Shown piece after piece: positions 45,587 to 54,858 of a DNA stretch of 60,443 nt. The stretch covers positions 1 through 60,443 of the forward strand of contig JAZOCL010000089.1 of assembly GCA_045596485.1 (NCBI GenBank). The letters run 5' to 3'. The notes beneath the pieces are model-generated. The model did not search any database. It was not told the origin of the DNA and was given only the letters and a program-made list of their open reading frames with translations. The position numbers and the translations under genes were made by a program. The first letter of the stretch is position 1, and every line of letters begins with the position of its first letter. The DNA comes from Clostridia bacterium (GTDB lineage: Bacteria > Bacillota > Clostridia > Monoglobales > Monoglobaceae).

Positions 45587-47281
45587 TTAAAATTCCTTTT
45601 TCGATTTGGCAAGCTCCAGCATCTCAAGAGCACTTTGGCGGGTCAGGTCTGTGACAGTCACACCGCCGATAATTCTTGCAAGCTCCTCAACACGTCCGTC
45701 TTTTTCGAGAAGGGTCACGGAGGTGGCGGTGCTTTGGTCTGTTGAGGTCTTTTTTATCAGGTAGTGGTTGTCTGCCATACCTGCAATCTGCGCCAGATGA
45801 GTGATTGAAAAGACCTGCTTTGTTTTTGCAAGACGGCTCAGCTTTTCGGCAATCTTTTGGGCTGCCCGACCGCTGACGCCTGTGTCTATTTCGTCAAAAA
45901 TCATTGTGTCGATGTCTTCAGAGTTTGAAAGCACAGATTTTATTGCAAGCATAATTCGTGAAAGCTCACCGCCTGAAGCAATTTTTGACATAGGCTTGAG
46001 CGCCTCTCCCGGATTGGTGGAAAGAAGAAATTCCACTCTGTCTTTGCCTGTTTCGGTGAACAAAATTTCACCGTCCTCAAAACGGTCAGAAAGCTCAATT
46101 GAAAATCTTACCTTCGGCATATCAAGGTCAGAGAGCTCTGTCGCAATTTTTTGTTCAAGGTCATTTGCGGAATCAGCTCGTTTTTGGGTGAGCTTTTCGG
46201 CAAGGCTCGTCAGAACATTTTGAGCTTCTTCAAGCTCTGCACGGAGAAGGCTCAGGGTTTCGTCGCTTTGTTCAATTCCCGATGCCTCTGCTTGGGCAGA
46301 TTTTGCATATTCAAGGATTTTCTCAATGGAATTTCCGTATTTGCGTTTCAAGTTTCCTATCAGGTCAAGGCGCTCTTCAATTTGGTCAAGCTCCGCCATA
46401 CTGAATTCGGTGGAGTTGAGACAGGCGCTTATGTCAGATGCAATATCCTCGGTTTCGGCAATGATGCCGCCAAGACGTTCATAGCTTTCGTTGAGCTTGG
46501 GAAGATAACGGCTGATGTCGGAGAGGGCGCGCTCTGCCTGACGCAGAAGGTCATACGCCGAAAATTCCTCGCCGCCGTAAAGTGCGCCGTATGCCGTGCC
46601 TGCGCCCGACACAATGCTTTCCATATTGCAAAGATAGTCACGTCTTGCTTCAAGCTCTTCGTCCTCGCCGGGCTTCAGCTTTGCACCGTTTATTTCTTCG
46701 AGCTGAAAGTTCAGAAGCTCAAGCCGCCGTTCTCTTTCATCAAGAGAGGCGGAGAGAGTTCTGATTTTTTTGGTTATTTCACGCATCTTCTTGTAGGATG
46801 CCGTATATTCGGTCAAGGTATCCTCACAATTTCCGAAGCCGTCAAGAAATTCAAGGTGGCTGTGAGGGTCAAGAAGCATTCGGTTGTCGTTTTGTCCGTG
46901 AATATCAATAAGCATTGATGTGACATCACGCACCAACGAAAGGGGCATTGTTACGCCGTTTATGCGGCAGGTGGACTTTCCTTCATCGGTGAGCTGACGG
47001 CTTATTGCAACAATTCCGTCTTCGGCTTCGATTCCAAGGTCTGAAAGCTGCTCAAGAACCTTTTTGTCTGTTACCTCAAAGCAGGCGTTGACAGTTGCTT
47101 TGTCGCAGCCTGTGCGAATCAGGTCGTGGCTCACACGCTTGCCCAGAGCCATATTTATTGAGTCAATGAGAATGGATTTTCCTGCGCCTGTTTCGCCTGT
47201 GAGAACATTGAAGCCCTCAGAAAACTCAATATGAACCTCGTCGATTACGGCAATGTTTTTGATATGTAATTCCTTGAGCAA
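45587..47281 (-). CDS. recN: DNA repair protein RecN
   Basis: LKELHIKNIAVID...LTGETGAGKSI N-terminus, long coiled coil, and C-terminal SGGELSRIMLA / FDEIDTGVSG. Confidence 0.95.
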   Translation of the reverse strand: MLKELHIKNIAVIDEVHIEFSEGFNVLTGETGAGKSILIDSINMALGKRVSHDLIRTGCDKATVNACFEVTDKKVLEQLSDLGIEAEDGIVAISRQLTDEGKSTCRINGVTMPLSLVRDVTSMLIDIHGQNDNRMLLDPHSHLEFLDGFGNCEDTLTEYTASYKKMREITKKIRTLSASLDERERRLELLNFQLEEINGAKLKPGEDEELEARRDYLCNMESIVSGAGTAYGALYGGEEFSAYDLLRQAERALSDISRYLPKLNESYERLGGIIAETEDIASDISACLNSTEFSMAELDQIEERLDLIGNLKRKYGNSIEKILEYAKSAQAEASGIEQSDETLSLLRAELEEAQNVLTSLAEKLTQKRADSANDLEQKIATELSDLDMPKVRFSIELSDRFEDGEILFTETGKDRVEFLLSTNPGEALKPMSKIASGGELSRIMLAIKSVLSNSEDIDTMIFDEIDTGVSGRAAQKIAEKLSRLAKTKQVFSITHLAQIAGMADNHYLIKKTSTDQSTATSVTLLEKDGRVEELARIIGGVTVTDLTRQSALEMLELAKSKKEF

Positions 47282-47298
47282 GTCCTCACATCCTTTCT

Positions 47299-48147
47299 TT
47301 AGTCAGAGAGCTTTTCACGGATAACGTCAAAGTATCCTCTGGAGTTTACGTTTATCATTGGAACACGTTTTTGGCTGCGAACAATTTCGACATATTCGTC
47401 AGCTCCCGGGTGCTTAACCGAAATTCCGTCAAGCTTCAGGTCAATCTCGCTGCAGTATGACGCATCAAAGCGTACGGCAATGCAGGCTTCGGGGGGAATG
47501 ACCATACATCGTGATTTCATTGTGTGCGGACAGACGGGAGTCATAATCATACAATCAAGATCCTTGTGGACTATGGGCCCACCGCAGGAGAGGGAATATG
47601 CTGTTGAACCTGTTGAGGTGGCGATAATAATTCCGTCAGCAAGATATTTGCCTGCAACGGTTCCGTCAACCTCTGCCGTGAGGGAAATCATTTTTGATGA
47701 GTCGCCGCGGATTATTATGTCATTGAGGGCGGTGTAGGTTTTTGTGGGTTTTCCGCCTGAAATGATTCTTGCTTCAAGCATCATACGGTGTTCAACCGAA
47801 AAATCGCCTTCCAGAATTTTTGTAAGATTTGAAAGGTCATCACGCTCTGCCTGAGTAAGAAAGCCTAAGTGCCCTAAGTTTATGCCTGCAACAGGAACGC
47901 CGAAGTCTGCTGCCTGATTAACGATTTTTAATATGGTTCCGTCGCCGCCCAGCGCCAGAACTGCATCACAGCATTCAAAAATACCGTCACCCTGCGCATA
48001 CAAAAGGTCGGGAAGGTCTATCTCGTTTTTGAGTGATACGTCAAGATAAATTGTTTTGTTATATTTTTTCAGAAGAGAAATAACCTCTTTCGTTGCCGAG
48101 AGGCTGGTGTCACGGTCTCTGTTGACAAAAAGTGCAATGTTTTGCAT
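47299..48147 (-). CDS. nadK: NAD kinase
   Basis: GGDGT motif (LALGGDGTILK), NLGHLGFLT and STAYSLSCGGPIV. Confidence 0.92.
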   Translation of the reverse strand: MQNIALFVNRDRDTSLSATKEVISLLKKYNKTIYLDVSLKNEIDLPDLLYAQGDGIFECCDAVLALGGDGTILKIVNQAADFGVPVAGINLGHLGFLTQAERDDLSNLTKILEGDFSVEHRMMLEARIISGGKPTKTYTALNDIIIRGDSSKMISLTAEVDGTVAGKYLADGIIIATSTGSTAYSLSCGGPIVHKDLDCMIMTPVCPHTMKSRCMVIPPEACIAVRFDASYCSEIDLKLDGISVKHPGADEYVEIVRSQKRVPMINVNSRGYFDVIREKLSD

Positions 48148-48181
48148 AAAAATCCCCCCTTTATATTGTGTGGATTACATT

Positions 48182-48997
48182 TTATTTGGTGTTTAATTCG
48201 TGTGATTTCTCCACAAGTGCAGGAATGTCAAATTCCTCGGATTCGGAGCCGTCCTTTTTGATGTACATAAGATATTCAATGTTGCCCTCGGGACCCTTTA
48301 TGGGCGAGAAATCAAGACCTTTTACAGAAAAGCCGATTTCTTTGGTAAAGGCAAGAACTGTTTCGATAACCTCGATATGTGTGGTTTTTTCTCTTACAAC
48401 GCCTTTTTTGCCCACCTTTTCGCGGCCTGCTTCGAACTGAGGCTTTATGAGACAAACTCCTGTTCCACCCTCGCTCAAAAGGTCATATGCTACGGGCAAA
48501 ACAGGCTTTAGTGAAATGAACGAGACATCAACCGAGAAAAAATCCAGGGGCTCGGTGATGAGCTCCTTGTCGATGTAGCGGATGTTGGTGCGTTCCATAT
48601 TCACAACTCTTTCGTCCTGACGGAGCTTCCAGGCAAGCTGACCGTAGCCCACATCAACGGAATAAACCTTCACAGCACCGTTTTGGAGCATACAGTCGGT
48701 AAAACCTCCTGTGGATGCACCAATATCCATACATACCTTGCCGTCGGGTGTTATGGGAAAGACCTTCATTGCCTTTTCCAGCTTCAGCCCTCCGCGGCTG
48801 ACGTAGGAGGGACCCTTGCTGCGGATCTCGATATTTTCTGTACCTTTTACGGTTTCGCCTGCTTTCATTGCCTTTTGGTTGTCGATGTAAACATCCCCTG
48901 CCATAATCATTGCCTGGGCAGCACTTCGGCTGGAAGCCATATTCTGTTCAACCATAAAAACGTCAAGTCTGATTTTAGCCAAGGTCATCACCTTCAA
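48182..48997 (-). CDS. tlyA: TlyA-family rRNA 2'-O-methyltransferase (S4 + FtsJ domains)
   Basis: RLDVFMVE...SRSAAQAMI S4 domain and DIGASTGGFTDCMLQNGA SAM motif. The start may be 48988. Confidence 0.88.
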   Translation of the reverse strand: MKVMTLAKIRLDVFMVEQNMASSRSAAQAMIMAGDVYIDNQKAMKAGETVKGTENIEIRSKGPSYVSRGGLKLEKAMKVFPITPDGKVCMDIGASTGGFTDCMLQNGAVKVYSVDVGYGQLAWKLRQDERVVNMERTNIRYIDKELITEPLDFFSVDVSFISLKPVLPVAYDLLSEGGTGVCLIKPQFEAGREKVGKKGVVREKTTHIEVIETVLAFTKEIGFSVKGLDFSPIKGPEGNIEYLMYIKKDGSESEEFDIPALVEKSHELNTK

Positions 48998-50837
48998 GTG
49001 TTTTGATTATTTTTTCTGCAATGTGCTCTGCATCGAGTCCTGCATCAAACTTCTGCTCCTTGATGCTGCCCTGAGCAAGCGGACTGTCGGGAAATGCAAA
49101 CTCAATTATGGGAGCTTTGGAATATCTGCGGACAGTATCTGAGAGACCGCCGATTTTTACGTTATCTTCAACAGATGCCACAAGCCTTTTGCCTTTTGAA
49201 CATTCAATAAAAAGTGCTTCGTCAAAGGGCTTTAAAAATCTTGCGTTCATTACGGCGGTTGAGATGCCCTTTGCTTCAAGCAGTTCGGCTGCGTGTACAG
49301 CTTCTGTTACCTGTGAGCCGAGTGCAACTATAAGAACATCATTTCCTGATTTTTCGATAAGCCCCTTCCCCATTGAAATGGGAGAAAAAGTGTTTTCGGT
49401 TTTTGGACTGCTGCTCTTTGGGTATCTGATTGCAACAGGTCCTGTGCATTCATTCACCGCAAAGTCCAGCATCGCTGCAAGCTCCTGATTTGATGAGGGA
49501 GCAAGAACGGTCATATTCGGTATGTGGGAGAGATATGAAAGGTCATAAATTCCTTGATGTGTTTCGCCGTCATTGCCTGCTGCACCTGCACGGTCAATGG
49601 CAAAAATCACGTGAAGGTTCTGGAGTGCAACGTCATGAATTATCTGGTCATAGCCTCTCTGAAGAAAGGTGGAGTATACTGCAAAAATAGGAATAAAGCC
49701 CTGCTTTGCCATTGCGGCGGAGAAGGTTACGGCATGTTCTTCGGCGATTCCCACATCAAAGAACCGTTGTGGAAATTCTTTTGCAAACTCTGTGAGCCCT
49801 GTTCCCAAAGGCATTGCGGCGGTAACTGCCACAATTTTTGAATTGGTTTTTGCCAGCCTTGTTATTTCTGAGCCGAAGACGTAAGAATAGGTTTGGCAAT
49901 ATTCTTCACCTGTTTCGCCCGTTTCGGGATTGAAGCTGCCCACTCCGTGGAAAAGGGAGGGGTTTTGCTCCGAGGGAGCGTAGCCCTTGCCTTTTTTTGT
50001 TACGGCGTGAACGATGACAGGTCTGTTGAGGCTTTTTGCGTAGTTGATGACAGTTATAAGCTCCTTCAGGTCGTGACCGTCGATTGGCCCCAAATATTCA
50101 AGACCCATATTTTCAAAAAGCTGTTTCTGCAAGATGAATTTTTTAAGGAATCTTTTTGCTATATGAATAAATCTGATAAAGGGCTCACCTAAAAGAGGAA
50201 GATTCTTGAGAAATTTTGTCACAGCTGTTTTTATGTCGATATACTTTGAGTGACTGCGAATTTTTCGCATATACTGAGAAAGCCCTCCAACGTTTTCAGA
50301 AATTGACATTCCATTGTCGTTAAGAATCACGATAAGGGGCGATTTGCTGCTGCCTGCGTGATTGAGGGCTTCGTATGCCATACCCCCAGTGAGGGCGCCG
50401 TCACCGATTACGGCAACAGCTCTTGAGGTGCTGCCATCAAGCTCAAAGGACTTTGCAAAGCCCAGAGCTGCTGATATTGAAGTTGATGAGTGCCCTGTAT
50501 TGAAGGCGTCGGATTCACTTTCTTCGGTTTTGGGAAAGCCGCTGATTCCGTCTTTTTGGCGGAGAGTCAGGAACTGTGATTTGCGGCCTGTGATAATTTT
50601 GTGGGTATAGCTCTGGTGACCTACGTCCCAGACAATTTTGTCGGAAGAAAAGTCAAAAACCTTGTGCAGGGCAAGCGTAAGCTCCACCGTGCCAAGGTTT
50701 GAGGACAGATGTCCCCCGTGCTTTGAGATGACGTCAACCAGAAACTCGCGGATTTCTTCCGCAAGAATTTTAAGCTCAGGGATATTCAGTTTTTTTACAT
50801 CAGCCGATGAATTGACTTCATCCAAAAACTTTTTCAT
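48975..50837 (-). CDS. dxs: 1-deoxy-D-xylulose-5-phosphate synthase
   Basis: ATG at 50837 (MKKFLDEVNS...) is preferred over the ORF-track start. GHLSSNLG, GDGALTGGMAYEALN and other TPP-binding motifs. Confidence 0.95.
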   Translation of the reverse strand: MKKFLDEVNSSADVKKLNIPELKILAEEIREFLVDVISKHGGHLSSNLGTVELTLALHKVFDFSSDKIVWDVGHQSYTHKIITGRKSQFLTLRQKDGISGFPKTEESESDAFNTGHSSTSISAALGFAKSFELDGSTSRAVAVIGDGALTGGMAYEALNHAGSSKSPLIVILNDNGMSISENVGGLSQYMRKIRSHSKYIDIKTAVTKFLKNLPLLGEPFIRFIHIAKRFLKKFILQKQLFENMGLEYLGPIDGHDLKELITVINYAKSLNRPVIVHAVTKKGKGYAPSEQNPSLFHGVGSFNPETGETGEEYCQTYSYVFGSEITRLAKTNSKIVAVTAAMPLGTGLTEFAKEFPQRFFDVGIAEEHAVTFSAAMAKQGFIPIFAVYSTFLQRGYDQIIHDVALQNLHVIFAIDRAGAAGNDGETHQGIYDLSYLSHIPNMTVLAPSSNQELAAMLDFAVNECTGPVAIRYPKSSSPKTENTFSPISMGKGLIEKSGNDVLIVALGSQVTEAVHAAELLEAKGISTAVMNARFLKPFDEALFIECSKGKRLVASVEDNVKIGGLSDTVRRYSKAPIIEFAFPDSPLAQGSIKEQKFDAGLDAEHIAEKIIKTLEGDDLG

Positions 50838-50847
50838 AAATGTACCT

Positions 50848-51432
50848 TTATTTGCTTCTGAACCGAAGGATTGAAATGGTTCTTGCTGCAAAATACACAA
50901 TTGAGTTGCTGTATCTGATAGCAAGAGTTTTGCCCATAGCCTTGCCGCCGACGGTTAGTGCCGCAACTGTTGCGGTGACAACCAGACTCATCAGAAAGTT
51001 GCTGAGATTTGGGGCAGACTGAATTATATATGCAACCACTGCCGCCGAGGCAGAGCCGCTGACAATTCCGCAGATGTCGCCGACCACGTCGTTGCAGAAG
51101 TTTGAAACCTTATCCTTTGATTTAACCAGACTGATAGCGGTGTTTGCATGCTTCACGCGTTTTGCCGCCATTGAATGAAAGGGTGCTTCGTCGGCGGTTG
51201 TTACAGCCATTCCGACTATGTCAAACACAATTCCGCAAAGAATGATGAGAAGCAGAATGAAAATCGCCACGAATATGTTGACCATATTCATTATGCCGTT
51301 TGACAGAATGTTGAACACACCTGACATAGTGAAGGTGATTATGATTGTTTTGATAATCCATCCCACATCAGCCTTGGCTGAGGTTGAGGGTTTAAAGGTT
51401 ACCTTCTGGTTTCGGGGTACGTCGTCCTTCAA
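50848..51432 (-). CDS. oapA: small four-TM membrane protein in the OapA (OLE-associated protein A) position
   Basis: 194 aa with about 4 hydrophobic helices and a TTG start after GGAGA. It lies between the ~600-nt non-coding unit and dxs, as oapA does in described OLE loci. Confidence 0.6.
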   Translation of the reverse strand: MKDDVPRNQKVTFKPSTSAKADVGWIIKTIIITFTMSGVFNILSNGIMNMVNIFVAIFILLLIILCGIVFDIVGMAVTTADEAPFHSMAAKRVKHANTAISLVKSKDKVSNFCNDVVGDICGIVSGSASAAVVAYIIQSAPNLSNFLMSLVVTATVAALTVGGKAMGKTLAIRYSNSIVYFAARTISILRFRSK

Positions 51433-51474
51433 GAAAAATCATCTCCGTAAAATTTTAAAAAATAAAAAGGGTAG

Positions 51475-52091
51475 CACATACAGTAAATTTTGTGTCTTAG
51501 GTCAGGTCGGATTTCCCGTCAGACTTCCCGATTGTCGCCAAAGGGGATGTTTCCGTTTAAAGTCTGCCACGCTTCGTTGCCGGCTGAACGAAAAAATCGT
51601 TCAAGCGTTACCTGATTGCCACTCAGTACACACTACAATCCTGCATATGCACCGGATACATTCCGAGACCGGTCTAGGAGTTTTCCTCAACAGTCACCAT
51701 CGTTTCTTAGCCTCTTTTGCAAATATGGTTTCAAAAAGCAATAACAGTTGTTCCATGGCCGTGAAACAACGGTCTGAACAATTATTCACCATATCCACTC
51801 AAGGCAGGCTACACTGCCCACAGCACCAAAATGGTACCGCAACGCAGGTTTTAACCTGATACGTATAACGGCGGGATGTCCCATCCATTACACGGTCACA
51901 GGCCTCCGCGGAAAAGGGGTCAACGCCCACATGCCGTTGTGGATCGCCCCTAAACCTTAACTCCCAGCACACACCCACGACTGGGCGTCGCAAGCACGCA
52001 CAAGGAACTTCATCGATATGCCCTTCGGCGAATTTTTAGGCCCGCCCTGGGAAACGAGATAACTGACTAGAATACCGTTACCCTAAATTCT
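51475..52091 (-). ncRNA. ole: candidate OLE (ornate, large, extremophilic) RNA, ends approximate
   Basis: About 615 nt without a credible ORF (the plus-strand ORF 51218-51859 is antisense and low quality). The region is GC-richer than neighbouring intergenic DNA and rich in complementary segments. A perfect promoter lies immediately upstream, and the synteny ole-oapA-dxs-tlyA-nadK-recN matches published OLE loci. Confidence 0.65.
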
Positions 52092-52097
52092 CATTAT

Positions 52098-52126
52098 AAT
52101 TATATATTATTTGACGGTTAATGTCA
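52098..52126 (-). promoter_or_regulatory. consensus sigma-70 promoter driving the OLE-like RNA
   Basis: On the minus strand: TTGACA (52126-52121), 17 nt, TATAAT (52103-52098). Confidence 0.7.
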
Positions 52127-52245
52127 AGAACCCGGACCGCTGATTTTTGACGAAAATCGACGAATATGGGCGGAAATAAAAGGTTAGCCCTGTTTGCAAT
52201 GGAGGGGCTCATTTCTTCGAAGGTTTTGAGGGCAGATGAATGTGC

Positions 52246-52281
52246 AAAAACAAAAATCGGTGCGCATTTAGCACACCGATT
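52246..52281 (-). terminator. intrinsic terminator after the MFS transporter gene
   Basis: On the minus strand: ATCGGTGTGC-taaat-GCGCACCGAT followed by TTTTGTTTTT. Confidence 0.75.
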
Positions 52282-52292
52282 TGCTGAAAAAT

Positions 52293-53495
52293 CTAAATAT
52301 TAATTTCGGGATGTTTTTTCACACGCTTCATCAACAGAGAAACTCCGCCCACCAAAAGAATGGGGAAGACACAGGAAATCAGAAGCCCTGTGCGAAGGTC
52401 GCCGCCGAAGGCTGATGAAACCATACCAACAGTAGTGGGACCGAGAGTGCAGCCCAAATCACCCGCAAGGGCAAAAAGCCCGAACATTGCGGCGCCGCCT
52501 GTGGGATAGGTTTTTGCAGCCAGCGAAATTGTTCCGGGCCACATAATTCCTGCGGTAAAGCCGCAGAGACCGCAAGCTGTAATCGCTGCAAATCTGAAGG
52601 GGAGAACCGCTGCGAATATGTATAGAAAAACAGTTGCAATTCCGCAGAATAGAAGGTATTTTGCAAGATTTATTCTGTTTGCCAGCTTTGAGTAGAGAAC
52701 TCTTGAAAAAGCCAGCATAAGCGCAAAGATGCAGGGACCCAAAATGTCACCCAGCGCCTTTGAGATGCCAAGAGAGCTTTCGGCAAAGGCAGAAGCCCAT
52801 TGACTCATTGCAATTTCGGTTGCACCGCTGCAGAACATAATGAGAAAGAAGATAAGAAAGCTCTTTCGCTTGATGAGCTTGTGCATAGGCATTCTTTCGT
52901 TGTTTTCCACCACCTTGTTGATTGGAACAAAAAAGAAATACAGGGCGTTAAGAAGAGGAATAACCGCCCAGATGATTGCGATTTGGTACCAGTTTTCTTT
53001 TCCAAAGACAAAAAGCAGAACATTTGTAATGATTATAACCGCCACGCATCCGAAGCCGTACATTGAGTGCAAAAAGCTCATTGATGCCGCCTTGTTGTCC
53101 GAAGGGCAGGCCTCCATAATAGGGCTGATAAGAACCTCGAAAATTCCGCCGCCTGCCGAAAACAGCAGAACCGAAAAGATGATTGCGGCATATATATGCT
53201 CTGCATTTGGAACAATCAGACCCAGAACCAAGAAGCCCGCCCCTGCCAGAAGATGAGCGGTAATGATTGTTGTGCGGTAGCTCACCCTGTCAATGAAAAA
53301 CAGAGATACAAAATCCATAGTGAACTGCATAACAAAATTCACCGTAGCAAGAAGGGTCACAAGATACAGAGCAATTTTGTAGTCCTGATTGAATATAACA
53401 AAGAGAAGGGGCATAAAGTTGCAGACAATTGCCTGAGAAAATGAGCCAATATAGCAGGCAAGCTTTGTGTGCCTGAAATTGAGATTTCTTTCCAT
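52293..53495 (-). CDS. MFS transporter
   Basis: 400 aa with about 12 TM segments in a 6+6 arrangement and a basic central loop. Confidence 0.85.
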   Translation of the reverse strand: MERNLNFRHTKLACYIGSFSQAIVCNFMPLLFVIFNQDYKIALYLVTLLATVNFVMQFTMDFVSLFFIDRVSYRTTIITAHLLAGAGFLVLGLIVPNAEHIYAAIIFSVLLFSAGGGIFEVLISPIMEACPSDNKAASMSFLHSMYGFGCVAVIIITNVLLFVFGKENWYQIAIIWAVIPLLNALYFFFVPINKVVENNERMPMHKLIKRKSFLIFFLIMFCSGATEIAMSQWASAFAESSLGISKALGDILGPCIFALMLAFSRVLYSKLANRINLAKYLLFCGIATVFLYIFAAVLPFRFAAITACGLCGFTAGIMWPGTISLAAKTYPTGGAAMFGLFALAGDLGCTLGPTTVGMVSSAFGGDLRTGLLISCVFPILLVGGVSLLMKRVKKHPEINI

Positions 53496-53608
53496 TTTGT
53501 CACCTGTGAATAAAGATTTCTTTATTTAAATTCCGAAAAAACGGTGCGTCGAAAACCGCCGCACCCTGCGTATTCACTTGCAGAGAATGTCATTTTGCAT
53601 TCTGTTTT

Positions 53609-54811
53609 TCAGACTATTTTTTTTGCTTCAAGATAGAAGCGCTTTTCGTTTGCTTCGCCCATAGAGAAGGTCTTTCTGGGGAGGGCGCCGTCAAGAATTA
53701 CCGTTTCAAAAAGCTCCGACTTTTTGGGGCATGGAAGAATGAAACCAACCGCATCACTGCGGTCAGAGAGCTTTCGCACCACATCATCGCCGTGGATGTA
53801 GTCAAGGTCATAGCCCTTGTCGTCAAGAAACTTTTGAAGTGTTCCCACCGTGAGGTTTGACGAGGGATTGAGAACCTGAACGGTTTCGGTTCTTTTGCCC
53901 GACACCAGAACCAACTCCTGAGAAATTCCCGAAACATATTCTGAGGTTTCGTAGTATTCACCAAGGTCGGCAAGCATTTGGTCAAGGCTTACGCCAAAGA
54001 CTACTCTGTGAATGGGTTCAAACTCAAGAGCCTTGTCGTGGATGTTTTCAATTTCTACAAGACAGAAGCGTGCAGGATGATTTTTCTGCTCTTCTTCCGA
54101 TAGAGTCTTTTTGAGGTTTTCCCAACAGGTTTTTGCGGTTGCCAGAGAATGGTTCCCGTCGCCCACGGCAAAAACCAGATTATCGGGAGCGGTTTTTGAA
54201 AACTTTTCGATTCTGCCTAAGATTGCATCGGCGTCGTCACCTGAAATATGCCAGCCTGCAATGTGACCACCGCCTTCCATCAGGTCAAAGTCATAAAGAG
54301 GCTTTGTTTTTTCAATTCTGCCGATGATATAGTCGTTCTCGTCATTGAAGAGAAGAAGTACGTGCGGAAGCTCCAGGGGTGCGTTCTCGCGGATTTTCAC
54401 CCTGGGGGGGATTCTCTCGATAATGGTACCCTCGGTTGCTCTGATTGCACTTTTTGAACCCTTTGAAAAATCGTATTCCTCAAGGTCGACAGCACCAACC
54501 ACGCCACGGCGGATTTTTCCGCTGTTCATTGTTCTTTCGACGTAAATGAGACTGCTTTTCAGGGGTGAAAAGATGTTTTTTGAAAGATAGTCCTTCATTG
54601 CGTTGTTGATTTTTTCAATACGAGCATCGCCTTCTGAAAGAAAGGCTTCGGGATACACAAGGTTGAGAGTTGAGGGACTGTCGCCCACAAACTCTGCAAC
54701 GCCGTTCCAATATTCGGGCTGCGCTGTGTATTGGTCACAGGCAACAACACTCCATTTTTCCATATTGACACACTCAGGCAGAAGTATATCTGTCTTGTTG
54801 AAAATACTCAT
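53609..54811 (-). CDS. DUF1015-family protein
   Basis: ATG at 54811 after GGAGGA. The N-terminal LLPECVNMEKWSVVACDQYT and later GNHSLATAK motifs are characteristic of DUF1015. Confidence 0.8.
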   Translation of the reverse strand: MSIFNKTDILLPECVNMEKWSVVACDQYTAQPEYWNGVAEFVGDSPSTLNLVYPEAFLSEGDARIEKINNAMKDYLSKNIFSPLKSSLIYVERTMNSGKIRRGVVGAVDLEEYDFSKGSKSAIRATEGTIIERIPPRVKIRENAPLELPHVLLLFNDENDYIIGRIEKTKPLYDFDLMEGGGHIAGWHISGDDADAILGRIEKFSKTAPDNLVFAVGDGNHSLATAKTCWENLKKTLSEEEQKNHPARFCLVEIENIHDKALEFEPIHRVVFGVSLDQMLADLGEYYETSEYVSGISQELVLVSGKRTETVQVLNPSSNLTVGTLQKFLDDKGYDLDYIHGDDVVRKLSDRSDAVGFILPCPKKSELFETVILDGALPRKTFSMGEANEKRFYLEAKKIV

Positions 54812-54858
54812 AATGTCCTCCATAAATACTAAATCGTCTTGCACACTTTTTGTGCCGT

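Noticed and set aside
51218-51859. The 213-aa plus-strand ORF spanning the oapA-like gene and the OLE-like region, plus the 64-aa ORF at 51799-51993.
   Set aside because: There is no RBS, and the ORF is antisense to a membrane-protein gene for its first third. The rest lies in a region better explained as a promoter-driven structured RNA.
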